Sequence record: NC_048046.1
Length of the DNA stretch: 64,000 nucleotides
Reading direction: 5' to 3' (one strand)
The position numbers and the translations under genes were made by a program. The notes beneath the pieces were generated by a model. It made no database searches, was not told the origin of the DNA, and saw only the letters and a list, made by a program, of their open reading frames with translations. Below, one piece after another: positions 34,970-45,977 of the stretch (within the stretch, counting starts at the first letter, position 1; each line of letters begins with the position of its first letter).

Positions 34970-37900
34970 ATGGCTGATCCTATTTCGTTTGCCGTCGGGA
35001 CGGTCGCCACCATGGGGGTGAGCTACCTGTTTCCGTCTGAAGGCCCGCGCATCAAGGACATGAAGATCAGTGCGTCGACGTACGGCGCACAGATTCCGAA
35101 TGTCTTTGGAGTCACGCGCGTGCCCGGCAACATGATCTGGTCGAACAAGATTCGTGAGACCAAGCGCAAGAAGATGGTTGGGAAGGGCGGTTTCTACAAC
35201 CAATATAAGTATTACTGCACGTTCGCGATGGGTTTCTGCTACGGCCCGATCACGATGCTTCGTAAGCTCTGGGCGGACGGTAAGCTCATCTATGATGCTA
35301 GCGGACAGTCTGAGCTTGAGACCAAGCATAACTATAAGCTGAACGTTTATACGGGTAGCGAGGAGCAATACCCGGACCCGATCATGGAAGCGATCGTCGG
35401 AGAAGGGAACACGCCAGCATATCGCGGCCTGTGCTATGTCGTGTTCGACGACATGCCTCTCGACGACTTCGGCAATCGCATTCCGCAGTTGACTGCTGAA
35501 GTCTTCAATGGCGAAGGCGTCATTGTCGCTGACGGCCCGGATGTTGTTTATCAGAATCCAGAGCCTGAAGAGAATACGGGAGATAATCGTCCTCCCGTGC
35601 TGATGGGCTATCAAATTAATCAAATCGCTGTAGATAGTTTTGGGGGCTATTTTTACGTTCTAGATAAGTCATCTGTCTATCCGGTAATTCGTCAAGTCCG
35701 TATTTCGGATGGACAGGAGTGCGGGCGTTTCAGCTTCATGACGCCTCGGACCGATTCCTGCTATGAGTTCAGCTACGACTCTCAGACTATTGATCAGATC
35801 GTAGGGGTAGCTCCGGGCGGCGAACTACTGTGCTCGATCAGTCTCAATAATAATGTCGCCTATGCCATGATCGATTTGATCACCGGTAATCTGGCAGTGC
35901 ATGGTACGACCGATCCTTTTGGAGGACGCAATTGCGGCTTCGGAACGGGGACGCCGCCTGGGAACGGTTCGAACTATCACGCAGTATCCGTGAACAGTGC
36001 TGGCCAAGCTCAGTTGGGCATTAGCGGGCTGTTCGGCGACGTTTCTATTTACGACTGTACTTCACTTCTCGCGTTCGAAGGTAACCCGCAGAATACTCCT
36101 ACGGGTCATTCGGGCTTTGGATCGTTTCCTATTGTCGGCGCAATCGGGAGCACGTGCCATTTTTATTTGCCGTCTGTAGCGTCCGAGAACAGTAATTTCA
36201 TTACGATCAATCGAGCGACGCGCGTCGCCGATCAAGTGGGCTTCTGGTCTGCGGGCTATATTATGCCTTATCAGCCTCAAGACCCTGATTACGGTTACGG
36301 TCATATTATTGTGCGCAACGCCGTCTACGATGCCACGGATGGGGGAGTGCTCGTAATGTTTACCGTTCGCAAGGCGAACGGTCTCGAAGCCTATATGTTT
36401 GGGAAGTGGTCAGGGGTCACGTATCAACAGCTTTGGGTCAAGGAAGTCCCGATCGAGGCGCCGGGGGTGTATCCGCGCGTGGGCGTCGCACACCAGGGTC
36501 AATATGCTTTCGTGCAGCCCCTCAACTCCCATGTACCGTATCCTACGGTCTGGATCATCGACACGATGACGGGCGAATGGAAGGCGATGTCTGTCTCGGA
36601 GCAGCCGTCTTTCGTGACCTATACCGATGAAACGGAAAGCGAAGTGATCGTTGATCAGTCGGCCTACACGGGCTACCCGATCAAGGATACGCAGTTCATC
36701 GGCTACGATATGCAGTATTACGATCCGATCCGACAAGCGGTGATCACGCTTGGGCCGGACGGCGTTGATAAGATCGTCAAGATCGGTCCCGAGATCGGAT
36801 CGACGACCCTGGGCGCGATTGTCCGCAGCGTGCTCAAGCGGGGAGGCCTGTCCGAGCAACACATGGACATGTCCCGCCTGGAGTCGACTCATGTCTGGGG
36901 CTATGGCTGGGCCGCTGCGACCGACATCAAGTCGATCCTGGAAGAGCTTGAACGCGTCTACCTCTTTGATATCGTCGAGAGCGAAGGCAAGCTGGTCGGC
37001 GTCATGCGTTCGGCAGGGTCCGACGAAGACTTCCCCGGCTCGACGGTCGTGACGATCAAGCAGGGCGCCCTGGGGTCCACGAGTCCCGAAGTCGCTGACT
37101 TCTGGCAAGAGACTCGCATCCAGGAAGCGGACCTGCCGGCGAAGATCAACTTCACCTACATGAACCTGGACGCGGACTATCAGCCCGCCACCGCTTACTC
37201 CAAGCGGATCAGTGATCCGGCGCCGACTATGTTTTCGGCGCAGCAGGTAGCAATCGAGATCAACATCGTCATGAAGCCTTCCGAGGCTAAGACCCAGGCT
37301 AATCGCGCGCTCTACGCTCAGTGGGCTGAACGTACGATGCACAAGACGATTCTGCCCTGGGCCTATTTGCGTCTGGACCCGGCCGACATCATTTCCGTCG
37401 AGATGGATGACGGACGTTCTTATCGCGAGCGCCTGCATCACACCGAAATCGGCGCGGACTTCTCAATTCAATCCGAGACGTACGGCCAGGACAGCGGTGC
37501 CTACGACATTGTCCGCGAGGGTGATGGTGGCGGTGTGCCGTCTCAGCCTATCAAGGCGCCCGGCACGATCACCGGCTTCATCATCAACACGCCGCTACTG
37601 CGGGACCAGGATGATACGGGTGGTTCGTCCAGCCGCTATTACTCGGCGCTCGGCAACGCGAGTGGCGATGGTTGGCGCGGCGGAGAACTGTGGCGTGCGG
37701 AATCGCTTCCCAACTTCGATCAGATTGACACGCCGATCAATGAGGCTGAGTGGGGATATGTTTCGGGTACGCTGCCCCCGCCGCGACACGGCCATTTTGC
37801 CCTGGATTGGGAAAACAAGATCACGATCTGGCCCGGCGTGAAGTGGTTCGAACTCGATTCGATCACGGATGACGAACTGTGGGCTGGCGGCAACGCGGCT

Positions 37901-38560
37901 CTCGTGGGCGACGAAGTGATCCAGTTCCGCGACGTTCGCGAGAACGATGATGGGTCCTGGACCGTCTGGAACTTGCTGCGCGGCCGGCGCGGGACGGAGT
38001 ATGCGACCCACACGCATAAGCAAAGTGAAAAGTTCCTGTACCTGTTGAACGAGAATTCGATCGCTCCCGAGGGGGAAATGATCGACACGCGCGGACAGAA
38101 GCGCTACTATAAGGCCGTCGCTTATGGTCGGACGATCGCGGAGACGCCGCTGATCACCGTCGACTACGAGCCGCGCGATCTGATGCCGTATGCCCCTAAG
38201 GACATTCGGCGCGAATTCTCCTCCGACGGCCGCATCGAAGTTTCCTGGGCGCGCCGCACGCGCATGGGCGGCAACATGCAGGATTACGTGGGCGAGGTCC
38301 CTGTTAACGAGGCTGCCGAGAAGTACGAGGTCTATTTCTACAAGACCCCCTTCATCGGCGATCTGTCTCGCGGCGGCCAAGTTCAGCCGGACTATTTCCA
38401 CTCGGCGGTAGTCACGGAGCCCCACTACAGCTTCCTGCCTAATCCGGCCCAATTTGCCAGTAATCTTGACACTTTGACGGTCGTGGTTTACCAAATTTCT
38501 GCGACGGTCGGTCGTGGATTCCCAGGCACTCGCGATATCGAACCCTGGCAGGACTTCTAG
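34970..38560 (+). CDS. Tail tip/host-specificity protein, copy 2
   Basis: Paralog of 31372..34968 with a different central domain. Confidence 0.88.
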   Translation: MADPISFAVGTVATMGVSYLFPSEGPRIKDMKISASTYGAQIPNVFGVTRVPGNMIWSNKIRETKRKKMVGKGGFYNQYKYYCTFAMGFCYGPITMLRKLWADGKLIYDASGQSELETKHNYKLNVYTGSEEQYPDPIMEAIVGEGNTPAYRGLCYVVFDDMPLDDFGNRIPQLTAEVFNGEGVIVADGPDVVYQNPEPEENTGDNRPPVLMGYQINQIAVDSFGGYFYVLDKSSVYPVIRQVRISDGQECGRFSFMTPRTDSCYEFSYDSQTIDQIVGVAPGGELLCSISLNNNVAYAMIDLITGNLAVHGTTDPFGGRNCGFGTGTPPGNGSNYHAVSVNSAGQAQLGISGLFGDVSIYDCTSLLAFEGNPQNTPTGHSGFGSFPIVGAIGSTCHFYLPSVASENSNFITINRATRVADQVGFWSAGYIMPYQPQDPDYGYGHIIVRNAVYDATDGGVLVMFTVRKANGLEAYMFGKWSGVTYQQLWVKEVPIEAPGVYPRVGVAHQGQYAFVQPLNSHVPYPTVWIIDTMTGEWKAMSVSEQPSFVTYTDETESEVIVDQSAYTGYPIKDTQFIGYDMQYYDPIRQAVITLGPDGVDKIVKIGPEIGSTTLGAIVRSVLKRGGLSEQHMDMSRLESTHVWGYGWAAATDIKSILEELERVYLFDIVESEGKLVGVMRSAGSDEDFPGSTVVTIKQGALGSTSPEVADFWQETRIQEADLPAKINFTYMNLDADYQPATAYSKRISDPAPTMFSAQQVAIEINIVMKPSEAKTQANRALYAQWAERTMHKTILPWAYLRLDPADIISVEMDDGRSYRERLHHTEIGADFSIQSETYGQDSGAYDIVREGDGGGVPSQPIKAPGTITGFIINTPLLRDQDDTGGSSSRYYSALGNASGDGWRGGELWRAESLPNFDQIDTPINEAEWGYVSGTLPPPRHGHFALDWENKITIWPGVKWFELDSITDDELWAGGNAALVGDEVIQFRDVRENDDGSWTVWNLLRGRRGTEYATHTHKQSEKFLYLLNENSIAPEGEMIDTRGQKRYYKAVAYGRTIAETPLITVDYEPRDLMPYAPKDIRREFSSDGRIEVSWARRTRMGGNMQDYVGEVPVNEAAEKYEVYFYKTPFIGDLSRGGQVQPDYFHSAVVTEPHYSFLPNPAQFASNLDTLTVVVYQISATVGRGFPGTRDIEPWQDF

Positions 38561-38608
38561 TCCGCCGGCCCTTCCACCGTCTCTTAAGAGTCACGTTTCG
38601 GTCCAAAA

Positions 38609-39442
38609 ATGACTGACTACACCTCCATCCTCCATATGCCGATGGTGGCCCCCAACCAGAACCAGAAGGAGGCCACGATCAACACCGCCTTGGCGATCGT
38701 CGAGGCCGCGTGCAACGACACGCTGGTGTTGGCCCTGACCGGCAACCGTGCGCTGAACGCTGAGGAGTTCACGCGTTACTTCTTCTTCAAGTTCACCGGC
38801 AATTCCGTCACGCGGAATGTCTCGGTTCCCAACACCCCTCGCTTCTTCACGGTCTCGAACGCCGGCACGGCGTCCATCAACCTGGACGTCATTGGCGGCA
38901 GCGACACGCCGGTCGTGATCGAGGCGGACAAGCGCGTCCTGGTTTACAGCGACGGTACCCAGATCGTGGCGGTCTCGTCGGGCGTATCGGCCCTCGGTAA
39001 CCTCTCGGATGTGACCGGCGCCGGCGATGCAAGCGCGGGACAGGTGCTGAGCTTCGACTCGGGCTCTGGGACCTGGACGCCGACCGACAACATCGCCGAC
39101 CGCGAGTTCTTCACCAACGGCAAGCCGACGGCCTCACAGCGCGTCTATGCCCACACCTTCGTGCGCAACTGCCGCCTCTTCAGCGACTTCACCGGGTCGC
39201 AGGGCCGTGCGGGCACCGCCGCCACCGCGAACGCAGTCTTCAATGTCTACAAGGGCGCCACCTTGGTCGGCACCATGACCGTCGCGGCCGGCTCCACGGT
39301 GTTCACCTTCTCGACCGACACGGGGGGCGGCTCGACCACTGTAACCTACGCGCCCGGCGACACGCTAACGATCCGGGCTCCGTCCTCGCAGGACGCCAAC
39401 CTCGCCGATATCTCCGTCACCCTCAAGGGCGTCTACTTCTAA
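38609..39442 (+). CDS. DUF2793-like tail protein
   Basis: P(N)QNQKEATINTAL N-terminus shared with the next gene. Confidence 0.75.
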   Translation: MTDYTSILHMPMVAPNQNQKEATINTALAIVEAACNDTLVLALTGNRALNAEEFTRYFFFKFTGNSVTRNVSVPNTPRFFTVSNAGTASINLDVIGGSDTPVVIEADKRVLVYSDGTQIVAVSSGVSALGNLSDVTGAGDASAGQVLSFDSGSGTWTPTDNIADREFFTNGKPTASQRVYAHTFVRNCRLFSDFTGSQGRAGTAATANAVFNVYKGATLVGTMTVAAGSTVFTFSTDTGGGSTTVTYAPGDTLTIRAPSSQDANLADISVTLKGVYF

Positions 39443-39443
39443 A

Positions 39444-42400
39444 ATGACCGACTACACGCCGGACCTCCACCTTCCTCTGGTCGCGCCGAACCAGAACCAG
39501 AAGGAAGCCACGATCAACACTGCGCTGGCCATTCTGGAGTCGGCGGCGAATGATTCGGTCACGATCTCGCTGATCTCGGGCAATCTGACGCTCAACGACG
39601 ATCAGTACACGAAGTATTTCCATCACCAGTTCGTCGACCACCTGTCCTCGCGCATCGTTTCGCTGCCGGCGACGCGACGCTGGTTTGCTGTTGAGAACCT
39701 CGGCAGCGGCCCGATTACCTTCAAGGTAACGGGCTCGACTGGCCTGTCCGCAGAACTGCCTTCCGGCAAGATCGGCCTCGTGGTTTCTGATGGCGTCGAT
39801 GTGCGTTTTGTGGTCCCCGATCCCACTGGCGGCCTGGGTCTGCTGCGCGATCTCTCTGACGTTGACGGCATCCCTACGGATGGGCAACTGCTGCGCTGGT
39901 ATGCGGCTGATAGCCTGTGGAAGCCTTGGACCCTGACTTTGCCCTTCAAGGGCTTGAGCGACGTCCCGAGCACGTACGTCGGGCAGGGCGGCAAGCTGCT
40001 GGCAGTGCGTAACGATGGCAACGGCATCGAGTTTGTTTCCTCGGCCGCCAACATCAACTCGTTCGTCGACCTGGACGACACGCCCAATAGCTACAGCGGG
40101 TCCGCCAATTTCACCGTCAAGGTCAACTCCGCCGGCACGGGCCTGACCTTCGCGCTGCCGCGCCTGACCGAAGCTGCCGATTTCCCCTCGAACTACACGG
40201 GAGCCGCCAACAAGCTGCTGCGCGTCAACTCGACCGCTAACGGAGTCACGTTTGACGTCCTGAAGGTCGTCGACCTGAGCGACGGCCCTGGCGCGCCGAC
40301 CGCGCCTAACGCCCTGCGCTATATCCGCGTCAACGCCGCTGGCGATGGCTGGGAGTACGCGACGGGCACCGGCGGCCCTGACCACTTCACGCAACTCGAA
40401 GACACGCCCGACAGCTACACGGGCAAGGCTAAGCAATTCCCCCGAGTCAACGATGCCGAAGACGGCCTGATCTTCTCGACCGTCAAGTTCATCGATCTCG
40501 CCGACGGTCCGGGAGACTTCACGGGCTCCGCGAAGAAGTTTCTGCGCATCAACAACGCGGCGAACGCGATCATCTACGATGCGCCTAAGGTTGAAGACCT
40601 CGCGGATGGTCCCGGCGCGCCGGCGGTTGCACATGCCAAGAAGGTGCTGCGCGTCAACACGGCAGGTAACGCGGTTGAGTACATTACGCTCAAGATCACC
40701 GATCTGGGCGGCTTCCCTTCATCGTTCACCGGCCAGGGCGGCAAGTACCTGATCGTCAAGGGCGATGAATCTGGCATCCAGTTCACCACGGCCTCGTACA
40801 CCACGAGCTTCCTCAATCTGACCGACGTGCCGGCTGAGTCTTATGCTGGGCTCGCGGGCCGTGCCTTCGTGGTCGACCCCACGGCTACGGGCCTCATCCC
40901 TGGGCCGATCATTCCGACTCGCTTGGGTCAACTGGCTGACGTCGAGGACGGTACCGGTACGCCGCAGCAGGGCGACTTCCTGCGCTGGATTGACGGTGTC
41001 TGGCAAGCCGATCCGTTCCCGGTCTCGGGCGGAGGGGGCGGCGCGACCGAATTGGCGGAACTGACGGACGTCGAGATCGCCGCCTCGGACCCGCCGCAGG
41101 ATGGGCAGGTGCTGGGCTTCAGCGCCGCCACCGGAAAGTGGACGCCGACGACCGTTCAGACGACGGTCGTCTCGGACTTGGACGATTTGACTGACGTCAC
41201 GCTCACGTCGCCGGTCAACGGCCAGATCATCGTCTACCGTGACGGTGAGTGGGTCAACGAAGACCCTGCCAGCCAGGGCGTGCCGTCGAACGGTTCGCAT
41301 ATCTACTGGCGCCTCCTGCTGCACGCGACCGACGGCTCGACCGTCCAATACGGCATCCAGGAAATCCAGTTCAAGCAGTCCAAGTTCGGGCCGGATTTGG
41401 CAAACGGTGGCACGGCCTCGGCGAGCACGGACGAATTCGGTACCGTGAGCGGCGCGTTCGACAACGTCATCAGCGGCGCGTGGTTCTCGACCTCGGCCGC
41501 AGACGGTCAATGGATCAAGTACCAGTTCCCGACGCCGGCCGAAGTCCGCTACATGACGATCCAAGGATCGCAGTCGCAGCCTAACACGTCGCCGTCGGCC
41601 TTCTCGGTTCAGTGGTCGGACAACAACGCCGACTGGACGACGGCTTGGGAAGTGACCGGACAGACCGGTTGGGCGCCGGGCCAGACGCGTGAGTTCCACG
41701 CGCCGATCGACCTCTACTTCACCGATCTGGCCGACGCGCCGCAATCGTACATCGGGCAGGCCGCCAAGCTGCTGCGCGTCAAGGGCGACAGTACCGGCCT
41801 GGAGTTCTTCTCGCTGTTCGTGCCGACGACCCTCGGTCAACTGTCCGACGTCGAAGATGGTACGGGTACGCCGCTGGATGGCTACGTCCTGACCTATAAG
41901 GACGGCGTATGGCAGGCTGAGCCGCCGGCGGGCGGGCCGGGCGGAGGCGGTGGCGCGAGCACTTTCCTGGACCTGACCGATACGCCTAACGTTTATGCCG
42001 GCGAGGGCGGCAACGCCGTGCGGGTCAAGATGACCGAGGACGGCCTGGAATTCTATGCGCCCGGCACGGGAGGAGGTGGAGGCGGCGGCTGGCGTGGCGG
42101 CTGGGCGGCGGGAGCCGAGCAGGTCTTCATCACCTTTGAAGATGGGACTCTCAATCCAGCCTTCACCTATGATGCGGCAGGTTTCACGGTGGTTAGCCAG
42201 CCGGATTCTGTTGTGGGTACTAACTTCGCGTTGAAGTTCCGCCCGATCGGAGATGGTGCGACCTGCTATTGCGAACTTCCAATCGAAGACGTGGTCAATG
42301 CAGGTGATTTGACGGTACGCTATAAGGTTTCCTCGGAAAGTCCGGATTTCTTCCGCATCCGCCAGGACGGTGTGCAAGTTCATCAGGACAGCGGTAACAC

Positions 42401-44444
42401 CGGGGTCTACGAGACGTTTACGCTGGCAACGACGGGTGATCACACCCTGCGCTTCTCCTACAGCAAGGACGGCTCGCTAGCGATCGGCGCTGATACTGTC
42501 TACATCTCGCAAATCAGCTACTATAAGACCTTGACCAATCCTTATGTTTATGGGGATACGGTCTCGTACCAGGGTGCGTATTGGTTCTGCCGCCAAGCCG
42601 GAACCAGTGAGGCGCCGGGCGCGGGTGACGACTGGATCAAGCTCCCGGAATATCTCGCCAATCTTAAGGATGTCGACCTCTCGACCCCGCCTTCGAATGG
42701 ACAGGCGCTCGTTTTCGACGGGGTCTCGAACAAGTTCAAGCCGGGCACCGTTTCCGGAGGAGGAGGCGGTTCGGGTAACACCTATAACATCGGCTTGGCG
42801 CCTCGCACGCGCGTTCATCGCGTGGCTGTTCAATCGATCGCGACTGCGACCTGGACGGCAGTTCAATGGGACGCCGAAGCGGAAGATGCGGTCAACGCAT
42901 TCTCCAGCGGCACGAACACTCGGATTACTGTGCCGGCCGGTGTAACCAAGGCACGTGCGACGGGCTACGTGAATTGGGGCACCAACCTGAGTGGAGCCAG
43001 CATCGTCGGCGCTGCGTTGCGCCGCAATGGTGTCGAGACCGGGAGCACGGGAGGAAGCCGGATTGTTGCCTCGCGCAGTGGTCAGTACGAGTCGCACCTC
43101 AACTTCACGTCGGAATGGTTCCCGGTTACGGCTGGGGATTACTACGAGCTGTTCGTCCTTCAACAATCAGGGGTCAACGCCAATCTCAACGGCCCGGTCA
43201 CCAACTTTGGCGAGAACACCTATCTCCAATTTGAATGGGATGACGGGACGCCGACTTCGGCTATCGAAGCGGGCGACCTCCATGCTGCGCACCAGGGATG
43301 GCGGGTAATCGTCACTGACAGCCAAACGGGGACGTTTGCCTCGCTCTCGGAACTGAAGTTCTACGATCGATCAGGTGTGCAGATCGCCACGACGGGCGGT
43401 AAGGTCTTTGACACCAACTCGCACGGTACCTATCCGGCCTCGCAGGCTTTCGATGGGAACACTTCTACGTTGTGGTCGTCGCTCCAGCAAACTTCGACTG
43501 ATGTGCTGGGAGGGCCGGGCTATATCTTTGCCTCGGCCGTTGACGTTGGATCAATCAAGATCACTTCGACTGATACGAGCTTTAATACCACCAATTCGCC
43601 CAAGAATTTCGCTGTCCAATACACCGATGACGATGGGGCAACTTGGCTGACTTACGCTTATTTCAGCGGGCAGACTAGCTGGGGTGACCGAGAAGAACGC
43701 ACTTTCGTCCTCCCGCTGATCGGTACGGCTCGGGTGGGGGGCGCGCGTAAGATTAGCGAACTCCAAGACGTCGCGATCGGTACGCCCAAGCACGGCGATC
43801 TGCTGACCTACGATGGTTTTTCACAGGTCTGGAAGCAGAAGACGCGTTGGGGGTATTCGCCGCCGAAGGCTGCCGATTTCCCGACCCTTTTGGGATCGGT
43901 TTCCCTCACCCTGACCGATGATGATGATGTCGGACTGATGGTTGATTGCGGCCAAAGCACCTTCGGTGACATCCAGCGCATCGCCGTAAAGCCCCTACCC
44001 GCAGGCCTCGCCGATTTTACGGTGACTGCCAAGATCGTCGATCACCTGCTGCCGTACAACTACAACGGTGTCGGGCTCATCATGCGAGAATCCTCGTCTG
44101 GTAAGATCGTGATGTTCGGTATTGAGAACAACACTAACGGCAGCACGACTCAATCGATTCGGAAGCTGCGATATAGCCGCCTGCCCGGCTTGACGGGGTT
44201 TACCAGCAACGTCTATTCGGATTTTACGCCTTCTGGGGCTCAGTGGTTCCGCCTCAAGAGCACCTCAGGCCTATTGACGGCTTGGGTTTCCGTCGACGGA
44301 AAGATGTGGCGGCAAATCTATCTGGAATCGAATGGCGGGTCCTTCAATTCTGGACCTGACCAGATTGGCATTGGCTGCTCGCTCAATGCCAACTACGCAC
44401 TAAACCCTATGTTCTCGATCCCCTATTGGGATCAGAGCTTCTAA
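39444..44444 (+). CDS. Long tail fibre with repeats and carbohydrate-binding-like domains
   Basis: QNQKEATINTAL start; many LxDLxDxPxxYxG repeats; two discoidin-like segments (YWRLL...EIQF, WRVIV...ELKF). Confidence 0.88.
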   Translation: MTDYTPDLHLPLVAPNQNQKEATINTALAILESAANDSVTISLISGNLTLNDDQYTKYFHHQFVDHLSSRIVSLPATRRWFAVENLGSGPITFKVTGSTGLSAELPSGKIGLVVSDGVDVRFVVPDPTGGLGLLRDLSDVDGIPTDGQLLRWYAADSLWKPWTLTLPFKGLSDVPSTYVGQGGKLLAVRNDGNGIEFVSSAANINSFVDLDDTPNSYSGSANFTVKVNSAGTGLTFALPRLTEAADFPSNYTGAANKLLRVNSTANGVTFDVLKVVDLSDGPGAPTAPNALRYIRVNAAGDGWEYATGTGGPDHFTQLEDTPDSYTGKAKQFPRVNDAEDGLIFSTVKFIDLADGPGDFTGSAKKFLRINNAANAIIYDAPKVEDLADGPGAPAVAHAKKVLRVNTAGNAVEYITLKITDLGGFPSSFTGQGGKYLIVKGDESGIQFTTASYTTSFLNLTDVPAESYAGLAGRAFVVDPTATGLIPGPIIPTRLGQLADVEDGTGTPQQGDFLRWIDGVWQADPFPVSGGGGGATELAELTDVEIAASDPPQDGQVLGFSAATGKWTPTTVQTTVVSDLDDLTDVTLTSPVNGQIIVYRDGEWVNEDPASQGVPSNGSHIYWRLLLHATDGSTVQYGIQEIQFKQSKFGPDLANGGTASASTDEFGTVSGAFDNVISGAWFSTSAADGQWIKYQFPTPAEVRYMTIQGSQSQPNTSPSAFSVQWSDNNADWTTAWEVTGQTGWAPGQTREFHAPIDLYFTDLADAPQSYIGQAAKLLRVKGDSTGLEFFSLFVPTTLGQLSDVEDGTGTPLDGYVLTYKDGVWQAEPPAGGPGGGGGASTFLDLTDTPNVYAGEGGNAVRVKMTEDGLEFYAPGTGGGGGGGWRGGWAAGAEQVFITFEDGTLNPAFTYDAAGFTVVSQPDSVVGTNFALKFRPIGDGATCYCELPIEDVVNAGDLTVRYKVSSESPDFFRIRQDGVQVHQDSGNTGVYETFTLATTGDHTLRFSYSKDGSLAIGADTVYISQISYYKTLTNPYVYGDTVSYQGAYWFCRQAGTSEAPGAGDDWIKLPEYLANLKDVDLSTPPSNGQALVFDGVSNKFKPGTVSGGGGGSGNTYNIGLAPRTRVHRVAVQSIATATWTAVQWDAEAEDAVNAFSSGTNTRITVPAGVTKARATGYVNWGTNLSGASIVGAALRRNGVETGSTGGSRIVASRSGQYESHLNFTSEWFPVTAGDYYELFVLQQSGVNANLNGPVTNFGENTYLQFEWDDGTPTSAIEAGDLHAAHQGWRVIVTDSQTGTFASLSELKFYDRSGVQIATTGGKVFDTNSHGTYPASQAFDGNTSTLWSSLQQTSTDVLGGPGYIFASAVDVGSIKITSTDTSFNTTNSPKNFAVQYTDDDGATWLTYAYFSGQTSWGDREERTFVLPLIGTARVGGARKISELQDVAIGTPKHGDLLTYDGFSQVWKQKTRWGYSPPKAADFPTLLGSVSLTLTDDDDVGLMVDCGQSTFGDIQRIAVKPLPAGLADFTVTAKIVDHLLPYNYNGVGLIMRESSSGKIVMFGIENNTNGSTTQSIRKLRYSRLPGLTGFTSNVYSDFTPSGAQWFRLKSTSGLLTAWVSVDGKMWRQIYLESNGGSFNSGPDQIGIGCSLNANYALNPMFSIPYWDQSF

Positions 44445-45094
44445 TGAGCCGCTTCTGGAAGGCCCAGAAGTGGCACCCCAACAAGACCTGCTTCATCGTC
44501 GGTGGAGGCCCAAGCCTTAAGGGCATGGACCTCTCCGGCCTTGACGGACGACTCGTAATCACCGCGAACAACGCCTACCAGTTGGTGAAGGAGCCTGACA
44601 CGATCTTCTTCGCCGATACGCGTTGGTGGCGCTGGCATCGTGAGCGCATCGGCGAGTTCCGAGGACGGATCGTGACTGCGGCGTCGTCGCGCGACTTTGG
44701 TGATGGCCGCGTCTGTCGTATGGGTCGTGACTACAGCTTTACCAAGGACGAGGGACCTGCACTCGCTCGGGACCCCTCGATGCTGTGTGGTGCCGACAGT
44801 GGCTATATGGCGATCAACCTCGCCTACCACTATGGCGTCAGCCGCATCGTGCTCCTGGGCTTCGACATGGGTTTTATGGGCGGCGAGGCCCACTGGCATC
44901 CGGACCATCCGATCGCCACGCCAGAGTCACATTACGTGGATCGATTCGGGCCAACCTATCCCGCCTTGATCGCGGCCTTGAAGAAGGAAAACGTCGAGGT
45001 GCTGCGCAGCACGCCTTCGCGGCTGGACTTCATTCCGGAAGTCGCCTTGGCCGATGCCCTCGAACTGCCGGATCGATTCCACGGCCGTCTCTAG
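44444..45094 (+). CDS. GT29/Maf/MptE-like nucleotide-sugar transferase domain protein
   Basis: FIVGGGPSL, SGYMAINLAYHYG..RIVLLGFDM. Confidence 0.7.
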   Translation: MSRFWKAQKWHPNKTCFIVGGGPSLKGMDLSGLDGRLVITANNAYQLVKEPDTIFFADTRWWRWHRERIGEFRGRIVTAASSRDFGDGRVCRMGRDYSFTKDEGPALARDPSMLCGADSGYMAINLAYHYGVSRIVLLGFDMGFMGGEAHWHPDHPIATPESHYVDRFGPTYPALIAALKKENVEVLRSTPSRLDFIPEVALADALELPDRFHGRL

Positions 45095-45143
45095 GGCGCC
45101 AGTATTCTTGACACGTTAACCCTATTCGCCTTAAGACCTAGGG

Positions 45144-45977
45144 ATGCCCAAGGCTTACGTCCATCTCCTGGAAGCGGTCCACTACCGCCGCGATGCGTTC
45201 GTCAACGGCTTCGCGCGTCTGGGCTATATCGTTGAGCGCGGCACGCCGGCAGTCCCGTTGGCGCCCGATGATGTCGTGGTGATCTGGAATAAGACGGCGC
45301 GTTCTGCCCAGGCTCTTCGGATGGCACGCAAGAACGGTGCGGCCGTCCTCGTGGCCGAGAACGGTTACTTCGGGAAGGACGCTAACGGGCACCAGCCCTA
45401 CGCCCTAGCGCTCGACGGGCATAACGGATCAGGGCGTTGGTATGCGCCAGATTCTTCGCGTCTCGATCGCTTGAATGTACCGTTCGAGCCCTTGCGTGCT
45501 CCTGGGATGGGCAAGGTTCTGATTGCCGATCAACGCGGCATCGGTAGCCAAAAGATGCGCTCGCCGCCCAAGTTCGGCGTGCAGATGTTGGAGCGCCTGA
45601 CGCACCATCAGCCGTTCCGCCAGATCGAGCTTCGAGCGCATCCCGGACGCCATGCTGCCGGGGTGTCGCTGGAGCGTGACCTGGAGGATTGCGACGCGCT
45701 TGTGGTCTGGTCTTCGAATTGCGCAACTCTCGCGCTTCAGAAGGGCATTCCCGTCCACTACTGCGCACCCGCGATCGCCTCGGCCGGCGCCGCTAAGCCA
45801 TTCATGCCGAGCTTGCGCGCCTCCTTCACGGAGACAGAGCGCCGTGAGGCCTTTTCCAATATGGCCTGGGCGCAGTGGTTCCTAGACGAGATCGCCAGCG
45901 GCGAGGCGATGCGCACACTGCTTGACGTATATGCGGGCAAGCTTCCCTCCGTTTCACCGGGCATTGACCTCGCATGA
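45144..45977 (+). CDS. KpsC/KpsS-like GT-B glycosyltransferase
   Basis: ENGYF and LVVWSSNCATLALQKGIPV motifs. Confidence 0.6.
   Translation: MPKAYVHLLEAVHYRRDAFVNGFARLGYIVERGTPAVPLAPDDVVVIWNKTARSAQALRMARKNGAAVLVAENGYFGKDANGHQPYALALDGHNGSGRWYAPDSSRLDRLNVPFEPLRAPGMGKVLIADQRGIGSQKMRSPPKFGVQMLERLTHHQPFRQIELRAHPGRHAAGVSLERDLEDCDALVVWSSNCATLALQKGIPVHYCAPAIASAGAAKPFMPSLRASFTETERREAFSNMAWAQWFLDEIASGEAMRTLLDVYAGKLPSVSPGIDLA

Noticed and set aside
45115-45134. Possible CtrA boxes (TTAA pairs here and at 62955)
   Set aside because: Spacing is 11 nt, not the TTAA-N7-TTAA consensus.
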